Below, one piece after another: positions 36,672 through 48,039 of a stretch of DNA of 56,613 nucleotides. Source of the DNA: an uncultured bacterium (GTDB lineage Bacteria; Patescibacteriota; Dojkabacteria; SC72). Below the pieces are notes generated by a model. That model saw only the letters and a program-made list of their open reading frames with translations. It searched no databases and had not been told where the DNA came from. Each line of letters starts with the position of its first letter. Position 1 is the stretch's first letter. A program made the position numbers and the translations under genes. The DNA is taken from assembly GCA_903840015.1 (NCBI GenBank), contig CAIMEL010000022.1, forward strand, positions 1 through 56,613, given 5' to 3'.

Positions 36672-37691
36672 TTACCTTCTGTAATCTCTATTAAATGAAA
36701 ATGTTCTCTCACCGGAAGCCATCAATTCTAATGCTATACCTGTTCCATTAGCTACACAAAATATTGGATTCTCTGCAACATAGCAAGGTACATTGGTAGC
36801 TCTAGAGAACAGTTTATCTATATTCCTTAATTTTGCAGTACCTCCACTCATAACAATACCTCTATCAATTATATCTGCAGAAAGTTCGGGTGGTGTCTTC
36901 TCAAGAACATTCTGGATTGAACGAATAATACTTTTTAATGGAATTTCTAATGCATTAGCAATATCGTTTGAATTCACCACTATGGATTTTGGCATACCTG
37001 CACCAATATCTCGACCTCTTACCTCAGTTTCTTTAGGATCTTTCACTTCTACAGCAGAACCAATGCTCATTTTTATATTCTCAGCTGTCTGTTCTCCTAT
37101 TAAGATACCTTTCTTCTTCCTCATAAAAGAGATTATATATTCATTTAAGGCATCACCAGCAACCCTTAGAGACTCATAACCAACAATTCCATCAAGAGAT
37201 ATTACAGCAATTTCAGAGGTCCCCCCTCCCATATTTATAATCATATTGCCAGAAGACGTATTAATTGGTAAACCTGCTCCAAGCGCAGCAAGTAAAGGCT
37301 CTGGCAAAAGTGTAATACTTTTCGAACCCACAGCATTAGCAGCTTTTAAAACAGCCCTCTCCTCTACTGATGTTATTCCAGCAGGAACACTTATGACAAC
37401 ATCTGGTTTAAAAAATCTAGATCTTCCAAGAGCTTTATCATAGAAATATCTAAGCAGAGCTTCTGTAACCCTAGAATCAGCTATCACACCATTACGAAGA
37501 GGTCTCTTCGCTATAATGTTCTCTGGTGTTTTCCCTATCATCTCCTTGGCCTCTTTCCCTACTGCAATAACCGTAGCAGTATTAACATCTATAGCCACAA
37601 CAGTTGGTTCAGTTAATACAATACCCTCACCCTCTACAAAGGCTACGGAGTTGGCAGTTCCTAAGTCTATACCAAGTTTTTTACCAAACAT
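36672..37691 (-). CDS. mreB: Second MreB/Mbl paralogue
   Basis: GIDLGTAN, EPTVVA, NMGGGTSE, MSGGTA; not linked to mreC/mreD. Confidence 0.9.
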   Translation of the reverse strand: MFGKKLGIDLGTANSVAFVEGEGIVLTEPTVVAIDVNTATVIAVGKEAKEMIGKTPENIIAKRPLRNGVIADSRVTEALLRYFYDKALGRSRFFKPDVVISVPAGITSVEERAVLKAANAVGSKSITLLPEPLLAALGAGLPINTSSGNMIINMGGGTSEIAVISLDGIVGYESLRVAGDALNEYIISFMRKKKGILIGEQTAENIKMSIGSAVEVKDPKETEVRGRDIGAGMPKSIVVNSNDIANALEIPLKSIIRSIQNVLEKTPPELSADIIDRGIVMSGGTAKLRNIDKLFSRATNVPCYVAENPIFCVANGTGIALELMASGERTFSFNRDYRR

Positions 37692-37725
37692 GACAGCTTA
37701 CTAATTATAAGATAATTATTACAAA

Positions 37726-38727
37726 CTAAAACTTCAACTTCATCGCTTCCTTCATGCTATCGGCGATACCTCTAGCGATTGCTGAAACTTTCTGACTACC
37801 AACTACTGCTTTCTCAAGCAATTCTTTCTTCATACCCTCAGCTTCGATTCTACGCACACGTATTGGTGCCAATTTTTCATTCATAACTTCGAATAACCTC
37901 TCTTTAATTTCTACATCTTTGATCCGACCCCTTTCATACAGACATTTCATTTTAGAAACTTCCTCAACATTCGGATTAAACAAATCGTGATATACGAAAG
38001 CTATATTACCTTCTACCTTACCAGGATCTGTAGCATGAATTCGATTTGGATCTGTATATATTTTAAAAACTTTCTTCCTCAACTCCTCCTCAGAATCAGA
38101 GAGATATATACAGTTATTCAGACTCTTACCCATCTTCTCAGCACCATCAATACCTGGCACATTAATTTCTGTACCAAAAAGGGCTTGAGGTTCATTCAGT
38201 AGTTCAACTCCATACGTTCTGTTGAACTTTCTAGCCAACTGCCTTGTATCCTCTACCATTGGAGCCTGATCCTTACCAACAGGAACAAGATCTGCATTAA
38301 CACACAGAATATCTGCTGTTTGATGAATTGGATAAAGGAAAAACCCAAGAGGTGTTGAATCCCCTAAACCTTTTTGAATCAACTCCGTTTTTATCGTTGG
38401 ATTATGTTGTACCTGTTGAACAGTAGCAAAGTTGGAAAGATACATAAAGATCTCATGTATTTCTGGTACTTCACTTTGAATAAAGACTGTAGCCTTATCA
38501 AAATCCAATCCTGTAGCATAGTAATCACACAGCAATTCCTCTATATTTTCTCGAACTTTATCTGGGTTCGCAAAATTATCTGCCAAGGCTTGTATATTTG
38601 CTACTATGATAAATTCTTCATATTCGTCTTGTAGTAAAACCCTATTTTGCAAAGTACCTAATAAATGACCAATATGTAACCTACCTGTCGGCCTATCGCC
38701 TGTTAAAATTCTTTTTCTTTTTTCCAT
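37726..38727 (-). CDS. trpS: Tryptophanyl-tRNA synthetase
   Basis: TGDRPTG.LHIGH, YP..Q.ADI, VPVGKDQ, KMGKS. Confidence 0.96.
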   Translation of the reverse strand: MEKRKRILTGDRPTGRLHIGHLLGTLQNRVLLQDEYEEFIIVANIQALADNFANPDKVRENIEELLCDYYATGLDFDKATVFIQSEVPEIHEIFMYLSNFATVQQVQHNPTIKTELIQKGLGDSTPLGFFLYPIHQTADILCVNADLVPVGKDQAPMVEDTRQLARKFNRTYGVELLNEPQALFGTEINVPGIDGAEKMGKSLNNCIYLSDSEEELRKKVFKIYTDPNRIHATDPGKVEGNIAFVYHDLFNPNVEEVSKMKCLYERGRIKDVEIKERLFEVMNEKLAPIRVRRIEAEGMKKELLEKAVVGSQKVSAIARGIADSMKEAMKLKF

Positions 38728-38774
38728 AATAACCTATTCTAACAACTTATCTTCCATTATGCTATACTTTCAAA

Positions 38775-40301
38775 ATGACAAACAAATCATACACAGCTTC
38801 AACAAACCTGCTTCACATACTTTTACCAATCCTTTCAACGGTATTCATATTCGGAATATCTCTTGGTATCTATTACTTCTCCAAAGGATACCGATTCAAT
38901 ATATCTAACAGAGAAATCACAATGACTGGTGTTCTCACAGTCAAAACAGATCCCTCCTTTGCAACTCTATACATTGGGGACGAGGACACGGGAAGAACAC
39001 CAAATAGTACATCTTTGGATATTGGGGATTACAAAATAAGTGTAAAGAAGGATGGATACAACGATTGGCATAAAGACATCACAATACTGGAACAGAAATC
39101 AACACTGATATATCCATGGATGGTACTGAAGGATATTAAAAGCAATAATCTGTGGACGAATAAGAGTAAATTAGTAAAGTATTGGATTAATACAGAGTAC
39201 GACACCTTCCTATTTCTACTTCAAGTTGCTGAGAATAAATACTCTTTATGGAGCTATCGCGTCAACACATCTCTTTGGGATTTCAATACTAACCCTGTTG
39301 AAATACTTGAGTTAACAACAAAAGATATTGAGATTAAGCAATCAAATAAGGGTAACCTCATCTTGCTAACTCAGACTATTGATAAAAAGAAATCTTCATA
39401 CATTCTTGATAGTACAAAGAAGAACGAATTGAAATCTACCCCTGTATTTAATACAGATGGATATGAAAAGCATACCATTACTTGGGCAAATGATAATAGA
39501 CATTTGATTTTAGAATCAACAAACGAATTGCTCTCATACGACACAGTTAGACAAAATATGAATATATTGGCAAAGAAGACCAAAGGTAATACATATATAT
39601 GGACAACTGATGAACAGGGTTTCTTTTACATAATAAAGCAGCTTTCCGAAACAGATCAAAGCATAATATATTCACTTGTACAGTCTAAGATAGATGGCTC
39701 AAGTCCAAAGGAAATAATTGAGAAAATATATATGCGTAAGGAAGCAAAGTATGTCGAATACTACAGGGAAAACGGCTATACTTTAACACCATTTACTAAT
39801 TCTCAGGAAAGTACTCAAACAGCTGGCAAGATAATTTCCATCTTGGTAGATCAGAATGCAAAGGGTGTCTTCATCCAGACCGAATATGCATCCTACTGGT
39901 ATTACATCGATTCGCAGAAATATATAATAGCCTATCCTTACCCAGCAAAACTAATCAGTCTTGCTCCAGATTTGAGAAAAGCCTTACTGTCAGAGAATAA
40001 CAAAGTACTACTATTCACTTTTGACAAGGATGATGCAGACCACACAGAGATAATCGGTACAGAGGAAATTCAAAATATACCAGATGCAAAGAGTATTCGA
40101 TGGGTATCGAATTCGTTAAATATCTACTTTACTCGTGAGAATTCATTATACTCAGCAGATAAGGATGGCGGTAATGAGTGTAAGATTTATGATATTGGAA
40201 GCAAAAAGCTATCTACAATAAGGTCATCCCGTGACCATATCGTTTCTTTGGAAGAGACGACAGCTGGAGAGGTTGTAATAAACGAATATAGAATTCATTA
40301 A
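38775..40301 (+). CDS. Membrane-anchored PEGA domain protein with probable beta-propeller
   Basis: N-terminal TM plus GYRF, PEGA (G.LTVKTDP..A.LYI..GRTP..GDY.I.VKKDGY..W), repeated W/S-D beta blades. Confidence 0.75.
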   Translation: MTNKSYTASTNLLHILLPILSTVFIFGISLGIYYFSKGYRFNISNREITMTGVLTVKTDPSFATLYIGDEDTGRTPNSTSLDIGDYKISVKKDGYNDWHKDITILEQKSTLIYPWMVLKDIKSNNLWTNKSKLVKYWINTEYDTFLFLLQVAENKYSLWSYRVNTSLWDFNTNPVEILELTTKDIEIKQSNKGNLILLTQTIDKKKSSYILDSTKKNELKSTPVFNTDGYEKHTITWANDNRHLILESTNELLSYDTVRQNMNILAKKTKGNTYIWTTDEQGFFYIIKQLSETDQSIIYSLVQSKIDGSSPKEIIEKIYMRKEAKYVEYYRENGYTLTPFTNSQESTQTAGKIISILVDQNAKGVFIQTEYASYWYYIDSQKYIIAYPYPAKLISLAPDLRKALLSENNKVLLFTFDKDDADHTEIIGTEEIQNIPDAKSIRWVSNSLNIYFTRENSLYSADKDGGNECKIYDIGSKKLSTIRSSRDHIVSLEETTAGEVVINEYRIH

Positions 40302-40307
40302 AGTACG

Positions 40308-40381
40308 CGCACCCGGTCGGAATCGAACCAACAACCTACGCGTTAGGAGTGCGTTGCTCTATCCTATTGAGCTACGGGTGC
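40308..40381 (-). tRNA. tRNA-Arg(CCU)
   Basis: Minus strand: GCACCCG acceptor, ACGCA-CTCCTAA-CGCGT anticodon arm, TTCGATT T-loop. Confidence 0.93.
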
Positions 40382-40496
40382 ATAATCTCAGACTCAATTC
40401 TACATCAACAGAGCCCAATATACCACTATGCTAGAGACGGAAGCACACACTACAGGGCAGTAAATATATACTAATGGTGATATAATATATATCGGC

Positions 40497-43352
40497 ATGA
40501 TACAAGAATATATAAAAATAAAAGGTGCGAAAGAGAATAATCTTAAAAATATCTCTGTTAATATCCCTAAAAACAAGCTAGTTGTTCTTACTGGAGTCTC
40601 AGGGTGCGGTAAAACATCTCTAGCCTTTGATACACTCTATGCAGAAGGACAACGCAGATATGTAGAATCTCTCTCCTCCTATGCTAGACAATTTCTAGGA
40701 GTGATGAAGAAGCCAGATGTAGAGTCAATAACAGGACTCTCCCCAGCAATTGCCATAGACCAAAAAACAACATCTTCAAATCCACGATCAACAGTAGGTA
40801 CTGTAACCGAAATATATAACTATCTTCGATTATTATATGGTCACATAGGAACTGTATACTGTCCAAACTGTAGCATCCCTATTCGATCACAAACAATCAA
40901 TGAAATATCAAAAAAAGTACTCAACCATATAAAAGGTTCCACGAAAAAGGTAAGCATAGTTTCACCCTTAGTAAAAAACAGGAAAGGACAGTATTCCAAC
41001 CTCTTCCTCAAATTACTTAACCAAGGTTTCCTGCGTGTCATCGTAGATGGAAATATCCATATGCTTGATGATATAGAAGAAATAAACATTGATGAAAACA
41101 AGAAACACACCATCGACCTTATTATAGACAGACTAGATCCAAACAATATGGATGATTCTGATCTTCAAAAAAGAGTTACAGATGCTGTAGAACTAGCAAC
41201 TAATCAATCAGGAGGTGAAGTAAAAACCATAATAGAAAAAGAAGAGATACTCTACTCTGAAAAGAATACATGTTCCAAATGTGGAATATCGTATCCCAAT
41301 ATAACTCCTGCATCTTTCTCATTCAATTCACCGGAAGGTGCTTGTAATAACTGCTCAGGCTTAGGCTTCCTTCAAGAAATCGATATAAATCTAATATATA
41401 ATCCCAATTTAACAATCCAAGAGGGAGGTATATTTCCATGGGGCAACAGAACAACAAAAGACAGTTGGACCACAAGAATATTACAGAGTCTTGCAAAGGA
41501 GCACAAATTCGGATTAGCAACACCTATCAAAGACTACCCCAGAGAGATCTTTGATTTAATATTCTATGGGTCAGGCTCTAAACCATATTACAAAATCCTA
41601 TATACAAACAGATTCGGAAGAACTAGTGTATACGATGCTCAATACGAAGGAGTTATTCCAGAATTAAAGAGAAGATATAAGGAGACAACATCGGAATACT
41701 CTAGGGCAGAGATAGAGAAATATATGAGTGAAAAACAATGTCCCATATGTAACGGGGAAAGATTAAAACCTTACTCACTAGCAGTAAAAATTGACGACAA
41801 AAATATCAATGAAGTAACAAATACCTCAATCTCCGATTTAAAAACCTTCCTAAACAAATTAAAACTAAACAAAACAGCTACAACTATTGCCCAGCCAATA
41901 ATAAAAGAGATCATTCTAAGATTAGATTTCTTAATAAATGTTGGATTAGAATATTTAACACTATCTCGCAAATCAAATTCTCTCTCAGGAGGCGAATCAC
42001 AAAGGATAAGGTTAGCTTCACAGATAGGCACAGGACTCTCAGGAGTATTGTACGTGCTTGACGAGCCGTCCATTGGTCTACATCCTAGGGACATAAAAAG
42101 ATTAACAAAATCCTTGAGATCCCTTAAAGATGAAGGAAATACAGTAATAATCGTAGAGCACGACGGGGAGACTATGAGCCAATCTGACTGGATAATAGAC
42201 TTAGGTCCGAAGGCAGGCAAGCATGGAGGAGAAGTCATTGCTGAGGGCACTTTTGAACAAATCAAGCAAACAGATACCCTCACCGCCAAGTACCTAAACA
42301 AATCATTGGGAATACAACACCTAGCAACAGGCTCCTCGCAAGAGAGCAACAACAACTGGATAGAAATTCGAAACGTTAGAACCAACAATTTAAAAGATAT
42401 AAATCTAAAAATCCCATTATCTAAACTAATTTCAATCACAGGGGTTTCTGGCAGTGGCAAATCATCTTTGATAGAAAACACACTCTACCCCGTTCTATCA
42501 AATAAAATAATGCGTTCCAAATTGCTCGAAGGCAACTATACTGAAGTCATAGGAGCAGAAAAAATCAACAAAGTAATAGCCATCGACCAATCCCCTATAG
42601 GTCGAACTCCACGCTCCAATCCAGCCACATATACAGGTTTGTTCACCCCTATCCGGGAACTCTTCGCACAGACCAACGAAGCTCAAGCAAGAGGGTACAA
42701 ACCCAATAGATTTAGTTTTAATGTTAAAGGAGGAAGATGTGAGAAATGTAAGGGAGATGGACAAATAAAAATTGAAATGCAATTCCTTCCTGATATGTAT
42801 ATAACTTGCGACCTCTGTAATGGCTCAAGATACAACGAAGAGGCTCTACAAATAGATTTTAGAGGTAAGAATATCTCAGATGTTCTACACATGACAGTAG
42901 AAGAAGCTCGTCTTTTCTTCAAAAATATCCCGTCAATATACAGAAAACTCGACATTTTGAATGATGTTGGGTTAGGATATATAGAATTGGGGCAATCAGC
43001 CTTAACTCTCTCTGGTGGAGAATCCCAAAGAGTAAAACTCGCGAAAGAGCTATCAAAGATCTCAACTGGGAATACAATGTATATTTTAGATGAACCAACT
43101 ACAGGTCTTCACTACTACGATGTAGACAATTTGCTAAAAATATTGAGAACTTTAGTTGAGAAAGGTAATACGGTATTAGTTGTTGAACACAATCTAGATG
43201 TAATTAAGAATTCAGATTGGATTGTAGATCTTGGTCCAGATGGAGGAGATAACGGGGGTGAAATCATAGCAGAAGGAACCGTTGAGGATATAATCCAATC
43301 AAAACAAAGCTATACAGGGCAATTTTTACAACAATACCTCAAAGAGACTTAG
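40497..43352 (+). CDS. uvrA: Excinuclease ABC subunit A
   Basis: Two ABC modules ([23 protein letters not shown] twice), [11 protein letters not shown], zinc fingers. Confidence 0.97.
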   Translation: MIQEYIKIKGAKENNLKNISVNIPKNKLVVLTGVSGCGKTSLAFDTLYAEGQRRYVESLSSYARQFLGVMKKPDVESITGLSPAIAIDQKTTSSNPRSTVGTVTEIYNYLRLLYGHIGTVYCPNCSIPIRSQTINEISKKVLNHIKGSTKKVSIVSPLVKNRKGQYSNLFLKLLNQGFLRVIVDGNIHMLDDIEEINIDENKKHTIDLIIDRLDPNNMDDSDLQKRVTDAVELATNQSGGEVKTIIEKEEILYSEKNTCSKCGISYPNITPASFSFNSPEGACNNCSGLGFLQEIDINLIYNPNLTIQEGGIFPWGNRTTKDSWTTRILQSLAKEHKFGLATPIKDYPREIFDLIFYGSGSKPYYKILYTNRFGRTSVYDAQYEGVIPELKRRYKETTSEYSRAEIEKYMSEKQCPICNGERLKPYSLAVKIDDKNINEVTNTSISDLKTFLNKLKLNKTATTIAQPIIKEIILRLDFLINVGLEYLTLSRKSNSLSGGESQRIRLASQIGTGLSGVLYVLDEPSIGLHPRDIKRLTKSLRSLKDEGNTVIIVEHDGETMSQSDWIIDLGPKAGKHGGEVIAEGTFEQIKQTDTLTAKYLNKSLGIQHLATGSSQESNNNWIEIRNVRTNNLKDINLKIPLSKLISITGVSGSGKSSLIENTLYPVLSNKIMRSKLLEGNYTEVIGAEKINKVIAIDQSPIGRTPRSNPATYTGLFTPIRELFAQTNEAQARGYKPNRFSFNVKGGRCEKCKGDGQIKIEMQFLPDMYITCDLCNGSRYNEEALQIDFRGKNISDVLHMTVEEARLFFKNIPSIYRKLDILNDVGLGYIELGQSALTLSGGESQRVKLAKELSKISTGNTMYILDEPTTGLHYYDVDNLLKILRTLVEKGNTVLVVEHNLDVIKNSDWIVDLGPDGGDNGGEIIAEGTVEDIIQSKQSYTGQFLQQYLKET

Positions 43353-43609
43353 AGAGAAAGAGTTTCTGAGCCATCACTTACAATTCTTTAATCATTCTAG
43401 ATAGTGAAACAACAAGACACTCTAAGGATAACAGAGTGGTTGCCCTCACCATGTACCTATGTGTAAAATTTTTCGTACAATTTAATAAGCCTTTACGGAG
43501 CAGTAAATTGCCATCTGTAAAAAATTATGTTTAGAAATTTAAAACATCGAGAACAGTAATTATCATCAGAACAGTTAGTGCACACTTTTGGAAATTTCCT
43601 ACAGTTTCA

Positions 43610-45085
43610 CTAATATGACTTAGCCCAAATCCATTCGTCGTGGGCATCCTTGCCACAGTAAATACAGTGACCATTCTTACCTTCTCCCTCAACAGTCAGA
43701 CACCTTGTAGTAGCCTTAGTCTCGTATTTGATACTGTCTTCACATTCTTTACTTCCACACCAACCTGCCACAAGAAATCCTTCATTTTCTTCGAAATGCT
43801 TCTTAAATTCATCATACGACCCAACTCTATGGGTCTTCGATATCAAATTCTGTTCAGACTTTTTCAATAGAGATTCTTGTATATCCTCAAGTAAAACACC
43901 TATCCTTTCTCTCAATTCAGCTAGACCAACCGTTAGTTTCTCATTACTATCCCTCCTAACAACAACACATGAACTTGCATTCATATCTCTCTCCCCCACT
44001 TCAATCCTTATTGGCACACCCTTTTTCTCCCATTCATTAAACTTGAAGCCTGCGGAAACAAAATCTCTAGTATCAATCTCTACATCTTCTATTCCCTCTA
44101 AAAGCTCTCCCCTCATTTCTTCACAGAATGCCAACACCTTTTCCTTGTTTTGATCATTGAAGATAGGAACTACTACTACCTTTATTGGAGCAATTTTAGG
44201 AGGCAATACAAGCCCATTGTCATCTGAATGCGACATAATTAAGGCACCTAACATTCTAGTACTGGTCCCCCAGCTTGTTTGCCACGGATTCTGCATATTA
44301 CCCTCTTTGTCAGCGAATTGAATATTAAAGACTTTCGAAAAATTCTGACCCAAATCATGAGAGGTTCCAAATTGTAAAGCTTTTCCATCCTGCATCATTG
44401 CTTCGACACCATATGTATTCAATGCTCCTGCAAATTTTTCGGATTCTGATTTCCTTCCAAAATATGTATGCATAGCAAGATATTCCCTAGCAAATGTTAC
44501 ATACATATTTAAACGATCCAAGACCTCTTTCTCGGCTTCCTCATGTCTAGAATGAACTGTATGACCTTCCTGCCACAAAAATTCGGCAGTTCTTAGGAAA
44601 GGTCGAGTCCTTTTCTCCCACCTTACAATGTTTGCCCATTGATTGATCTTCAAAGGAAGATCTCTCCACGAAGTAATCCACTTAGAGAAAGTATCATACA
44701 TTATGGTTTCCGACGTTGGTCGGACTATTAACTCCTCCTCTAATTTCGATTTCTCATCAACCTCAACACCATCTCCAGTAGAATTCTCTTTGAGCCTGTA
44801 ATGCGTCACAATTGCACACTCTTTTGCAAAACCTTTAACATGACTGGCTTCCCTTGAAAGAAAAGATTTTGGTATGAAGAGTGGAAAATATGCATTTTTT
44901 ACCCCAGCTCTCTTAATCATTTCTCCCATATTCTTCTGAATATTCTCCCAGATTGCATAACCATATGGCTTGATTACCATACAACCACGAACTGCAGAGT
45001 TCTCTGCCAAATCAGCCCTCTCTATGATATCCAGATACCATTGAGAATAGTTTTCACTTCTTGGTGTAATACCTTTGTTTGACAT
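43610..45085 (-). CDS. proS: Prolyl-tRNA synthetase, archaeal/eukaryote-like type
   Basis: GCMVIKPYG, RPTSET, QWANIVRWE, FLWQEGHT, SWG.STR, C-terminal Zn domain ending AKSY. Confidence 0.95.
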   Translation of the reverse strand: MSNKGITPRSENYSQWYLDIIERADLAENSAVRGCMVIKPYGYAIWENIQKNMGEMIKRAGVKNAYFPLFIPKSFLSREASHVKGFAKECAIVTHYRLKENSTGDGVEVDEKSKLEEELIVRPTSETIMYDTFSKWITSWRDLPLKINQWANIVRWEKRTRPFLRTAEFLWQEGHTVHSRHEEAEKEVLDRLNMYVTFAREYLAMHTYFGRKSESEKFAGALNTYGVEAMMQDGKALQFGTSHDLGQNFSKVFNIQFADKEGNMQNPWQTSWGTSTRMLGALIMSHSDDNGLVLPPKIAPIKVVVVPIFNDQNKEKVLAFCEEMRGELLEGIEDVEIDTRDFVSAGFKFNEWEKKGVPIRIEVGERDMNASSCVVVRRDSNEKLTVGLAELRERIGVLLEDIQESLLKKSEQNLISKTHRVGSYDEFKKHFEENEGFLVAGWCGSKECEDSIKYETKATTRCLTVEGEGKNGHCIYCGKDAHDEWIWAKSY

Positions 45086-45126
45086 AATTTTGTATTCTAC
45101 TACATTTTCGATATGAATTTAAACTA

Positions 45127-46488
45127 TTACGGAATTAATTTCCAATGAGCAACTGCTTTTGATAGTGCGGAGGAAGGATTAGAAGCAACCCACTCTTCTA
45201 AGGATCCCCTGCCAAGGGCTACCTCCTTAGCCTCCAACATTGCCTGAGCACCCGCCTCAAGCCCCCAGGGGTGCCCTATCACACCCTCAGATGATTGTAG
45301 AAGGATATCTCCTCCAAAATGACTTAGAGCACCTAGAACCTCTCCTGGATGTGCAAGTCTAGATACCATATACCAAACAGGCTTCATTCCAAACCAGTTC
45401 TGTCCAAGAGTTACAGCTGACTCTGGTGTTGTATCAAGTTGTAGTGCATCGCGAACAAATTTCGATTCTTTTTGGTTAGAGACATTTCCTCCATCAAAAG
45501 AATCAGCTCCAAGTAATCTGTGTATTTTTGCATTTAATACTGCTGATATTGAGAAACTTTTAACTTCACCATTCTCGTAAGATCCCTGCCCAAATTCATT
45601 TGCAAAGGAACTATTCATTCCACGACAGGCATGAATGATCAAACCAGGATTCATATCACGCAACGAATGTAAAGCTGAGAAACCGGTTGTTACAGTATCA
45701 ATCATTAACCACTCTCCTCCATAACTCTTAATCATATCCGACCTCTCTATCATCTTCTCCAAACTTGAATGAGATATATTCGGTATATATATTTTCTTTT
45801 TTGATATCTTTTCTTCAATATCTTCCTTAATATTCAATATGTATTTGCATCTTTCTTCAAATTTGTTGAAAGAGGTATCTGTAAGATTCTCTGGATCTTG
45901 GATACCATGATATTCACCCTGACAGCATGTAAAAATACTTTTAGCAATTCCAGCCTCCTCACGTGCGCTCAATCCAATCTGTGGTAATGGAACTGTTACA
46001 AACAAGGGGCCTTCCTCTTGCAGGACTTTCTCCCTAGTTCCATATATACCGAATTGGGGACCTGGGAAAGATTTGATTAAATCCTCCGGGAATCTAATAT
46101 CCAAACATCTCAACCCATTAATACCCTCTATATTCCAAAGCGATCCAACAACAGAAGAGAGTATATTGGACATATTGCCTAATTCAAAAACCTCCTTTGG
46201 ATATGCTATCTTAAAAGTCTTTTCCGCAAAGTTAAGATCAAAAGCTACAGCCTTAAGGTTTTTTGCACGCGACAGACCCGGGAGATCTTTTGTATAATCA
46301 TCGTCCCATAATCCAACAGAACTACGAGCAGCACATAAAGCAACTATCTGTTTAAATTCATCCTCAGTACATTTCTTTGGGACATCAAGATCTAGAAAAC
46401 TAATGAGAGACTCTTTGTCGGGCTTAGCTGGAGTCCAACCCTTTGAAGCAAGATACTCCTCATGCCTAAAACGTGACTTAAACATCAT
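45127..46488 (-). CDS. RuBisCO large-subunit homologue (form III-derived) with degenerate active site
   Basis: KIAYP..FE.GN, FPGPQFG..G.R, ENLT...FN.FEER, PNI, MID....GFS, GHPWG..AGA.A; QDPE in place of KDDE. Confidence 0.85.
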   Translation of the reverse strand: MMFKSRFRHEEYLASKGWTPAKPDKESLISFLDLDVPKKCTEDEFKQIVALCAARSSVGLWDDDYTKDLPGLSRAKNLKAVAFDLNFAEKTFKIAYPKEVFELGNMSNILSSVVGSLWNIEGINGLRCLDIRFPEDLIKSFPGPQFGIYGTREKVLQEEGPLFVTVPLPQIGLSAREEAGIAKSIFTCCQGEYHGIQDPENLTDTSFNKFEERCKYILNIKEDIEEKISKKKIYIPNISHSSLEKMIERSDMIKSYGGEWLMIDTVTTGFSALHSLRDMNPGLIIHACRGMNSSFANEFGQGSYENGEVKSFSISAVLNAKIHRLLGADSFDGGNVSNQKESKFVRDALQLDTTPESAVTLGQNWFGMKPVWYMVSRLAHPGEVLGALSHFGGDILLQSSEGVIGHPWGLEAGAQAMLEAKEVALGRGSLEEWVASNPSSALSKAVAHWKLIP

Positions 46489-46508
46489 AAAGTAAACAAA
46501 GTTATTCC

Positions 46509-47198
46509 TTAAAAATCCTTTTCAACACGTGACCTTCGCTTCATAGTCTCTCTCTCTTCCATCTCCTCTCTCGCAGCCTTAACCTTGCCCATAAAGAGAA
46601 CTCCCACATTTGAAACTTTGTTCCAGAACAGACCAAGAAGCATAACAACAACACCCATTACTATTAAACTTCTAGAATCATCAAATAATCCGGAATCAGG
46701 TAAACCTCCTCCTGTACCAGTATTAGGGTTTGTTGCTGAAGTCAAAGTATATGTACCTCCTGTCTTTACAGGTGCATTTGGGTCCACAGATGTAAAGGAA
46801 ATACTTGCAGTACCACTAGATGCAGTTGATTTGAAATACAGCGTTGCAATAACACCGCTGTATGCTTGACCTGTACTATGCTGGGTTGAGAGACAAAGTA
46901 TATTTAAAGTTCCAGTTCCTGGAGTAATTGTAAATGTAGAACATCTGGCAGCACCAGTTCCACTTAAATACTGTATAGAACCAGTATACGCCAAATCTAT
47001 ATCTACTCCTGCAAATTCGTCAGTACCACTATTTACATAGACAGAGATAGCTGTACTGTCTGAATATATGTTTCCTGTTGCAGGACTTACGGTAGCCGAT
47101 GTTAAAGTAAGCACCTGAGCATTAGAGTCAGTATGCATCAATGGCAAGATAAGGGCAACAAAAGCAACATACAAAACAGTTTTTCTTAGGCAGTGCAT
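46509..47198 (-). CDS. Secreted cohesin-like protein with C-terminal LPDSG-TM-basic tail
   Basis: Signal peptide, VSPATG..ISVYVNS..GVDIDLAY..G.IATLYFK..GTASISF cohesin-like pattern, Gly linker, LPDSG and TM. Confidence 0.65.
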   Translation of the reverse strand: MHCLRKTVLYVAFVALILPLMHTDSNAQVLTLTSATVSPATGNIYSDSTAISVYVNSGTDEFAGVDIDLAYTGSIQYLSGTGAARCSTFTITPGTGTLNILCLSTQHSTGQAYSGVIATLYFKSTASSGTASISFTSVDPNAPVKTGGTYTLTSATNPNTGTGGGLPDSGLFDDSRSLIVMGVVVMLLGLFWNKVSNVGVLFMGKVKAAREEMEERETMKRRSRVEKDF

Positions 47199-47337
47199 AA
47201 GATATATATTTTAAAATTACCTAATAAATATATTGCACTATCCTAGTATATTTGTCAATCAAGAATACCAATACTTTACATTGTATATTTACTCTGATAC
47301 TCTAGAATGTATAGAAATAAATTTTTAATTTTCTAAA

Positions 47338-47964
47338 ATGAAATTAAATCGGAATATGATTATGGGAGCATTTTTCGGAGCATCCTCCCTACTTCTTTTT
47401 TCTCAGAATGCATATGCGAAGGTTGATATAACCCTCGAGGACAACACGGAAGCCAAGAGCGTCACAGTGTCTGTAAACACAAATGGTAGTTATATTGATG
47501 GAGTTGATATGACTCTTGTACTTAGCGAAGATATCAATATAACAGAGATTAAACAGACTGATTCGTTCTGTACTATTGGTAAGAGTAGCAAACAATTACC
47601 TGGGAACAAATTAGCTTTAGAGTGTTTCAATGATAAGAATGTAGAAATGACTGGAATGTTTGCAGTGCTAACTTACGAGACAGAGAAAGATGATTATTTC
47701 TTCTACTTAGAGGAAGACACTTTGGATATTGGATCTTTGGTTCTTGGTACTGTAACAAATATAAACAAGCCAGAGATAACAGCTCCTGTTGAGACAGACG
47801 AAGAGGAAGCAACAACAACAGAGGAGGAAAAAGACACATTGACAGTTGTAAGAGATTTCTTAAAAGATAACTCTATGTATGTTTTAGCTGGTGTAATATT
47901 CTTAATCGCAATCACAATTGGATTGGTTGGCTTATCTTCAAGGGAAACCACTACTACGGAATAG
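47338..47964 (+). CDS. Secreted cohesin-like protein with acidic Thr-rich linker and C-terminal TM anchor
   Basis: Signal peptide ending AYA, VTVSVNT...IDGVD..L and G.FA.L.Y pattern similar to the divergently transcribed neighbour. Confidence 0.55.
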   Translation: MKLNRNMIMGAFFGASSLLLFSQNAYAKVDITLEDNTEAKSVTVSVNTNGSYIDGVDMTLVLSEDINITEIKQTDSFCTIGKSSKQLPGNKLALECFNDKNVEMTGMFAVLTYETEKDDYFFYLEEDTLDIGSLVLGTVTNINKPEITAPVETDEEEATTTEEEKDTLTVVRDFLKDNSMYVLAGVIFLIAITIGLVGLSSRETTTTE

Positions 47965-47987
47965 TAAAATTACTTGCTTAGAGAAAT

Positions 47988-48016
47988 AAAAGACCGAGGT
48001 TAACCTCGGTCTTTTT
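47988..48016. terminator. Bidirectional intrinsic terminator
   Basis: AAAAGACCGAGG-TTAA-CCTCGGTCTTTT(T) between convergent genes. Confidence 0.85.
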
Positions 48017-48039
48017 CATTCTAGTTATAACCCTACTCC

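Noticed and set aside
43353-43609. 257-nt gap between convergent uvrA and proS with small hairpins, a GAACAGT direct repeat and TTATGTTTAG (dif-like)
   Set aside because: No convincing ORF or RNA fold, and the match to a XerD arm or LexA box is too weak to support a call.
45127-46488. Evidence of Calvin-cycle carbon fixation
   Set aside because: Catalytic residues are missing, and there is no small subunit or phosphoribulokinase in the window.
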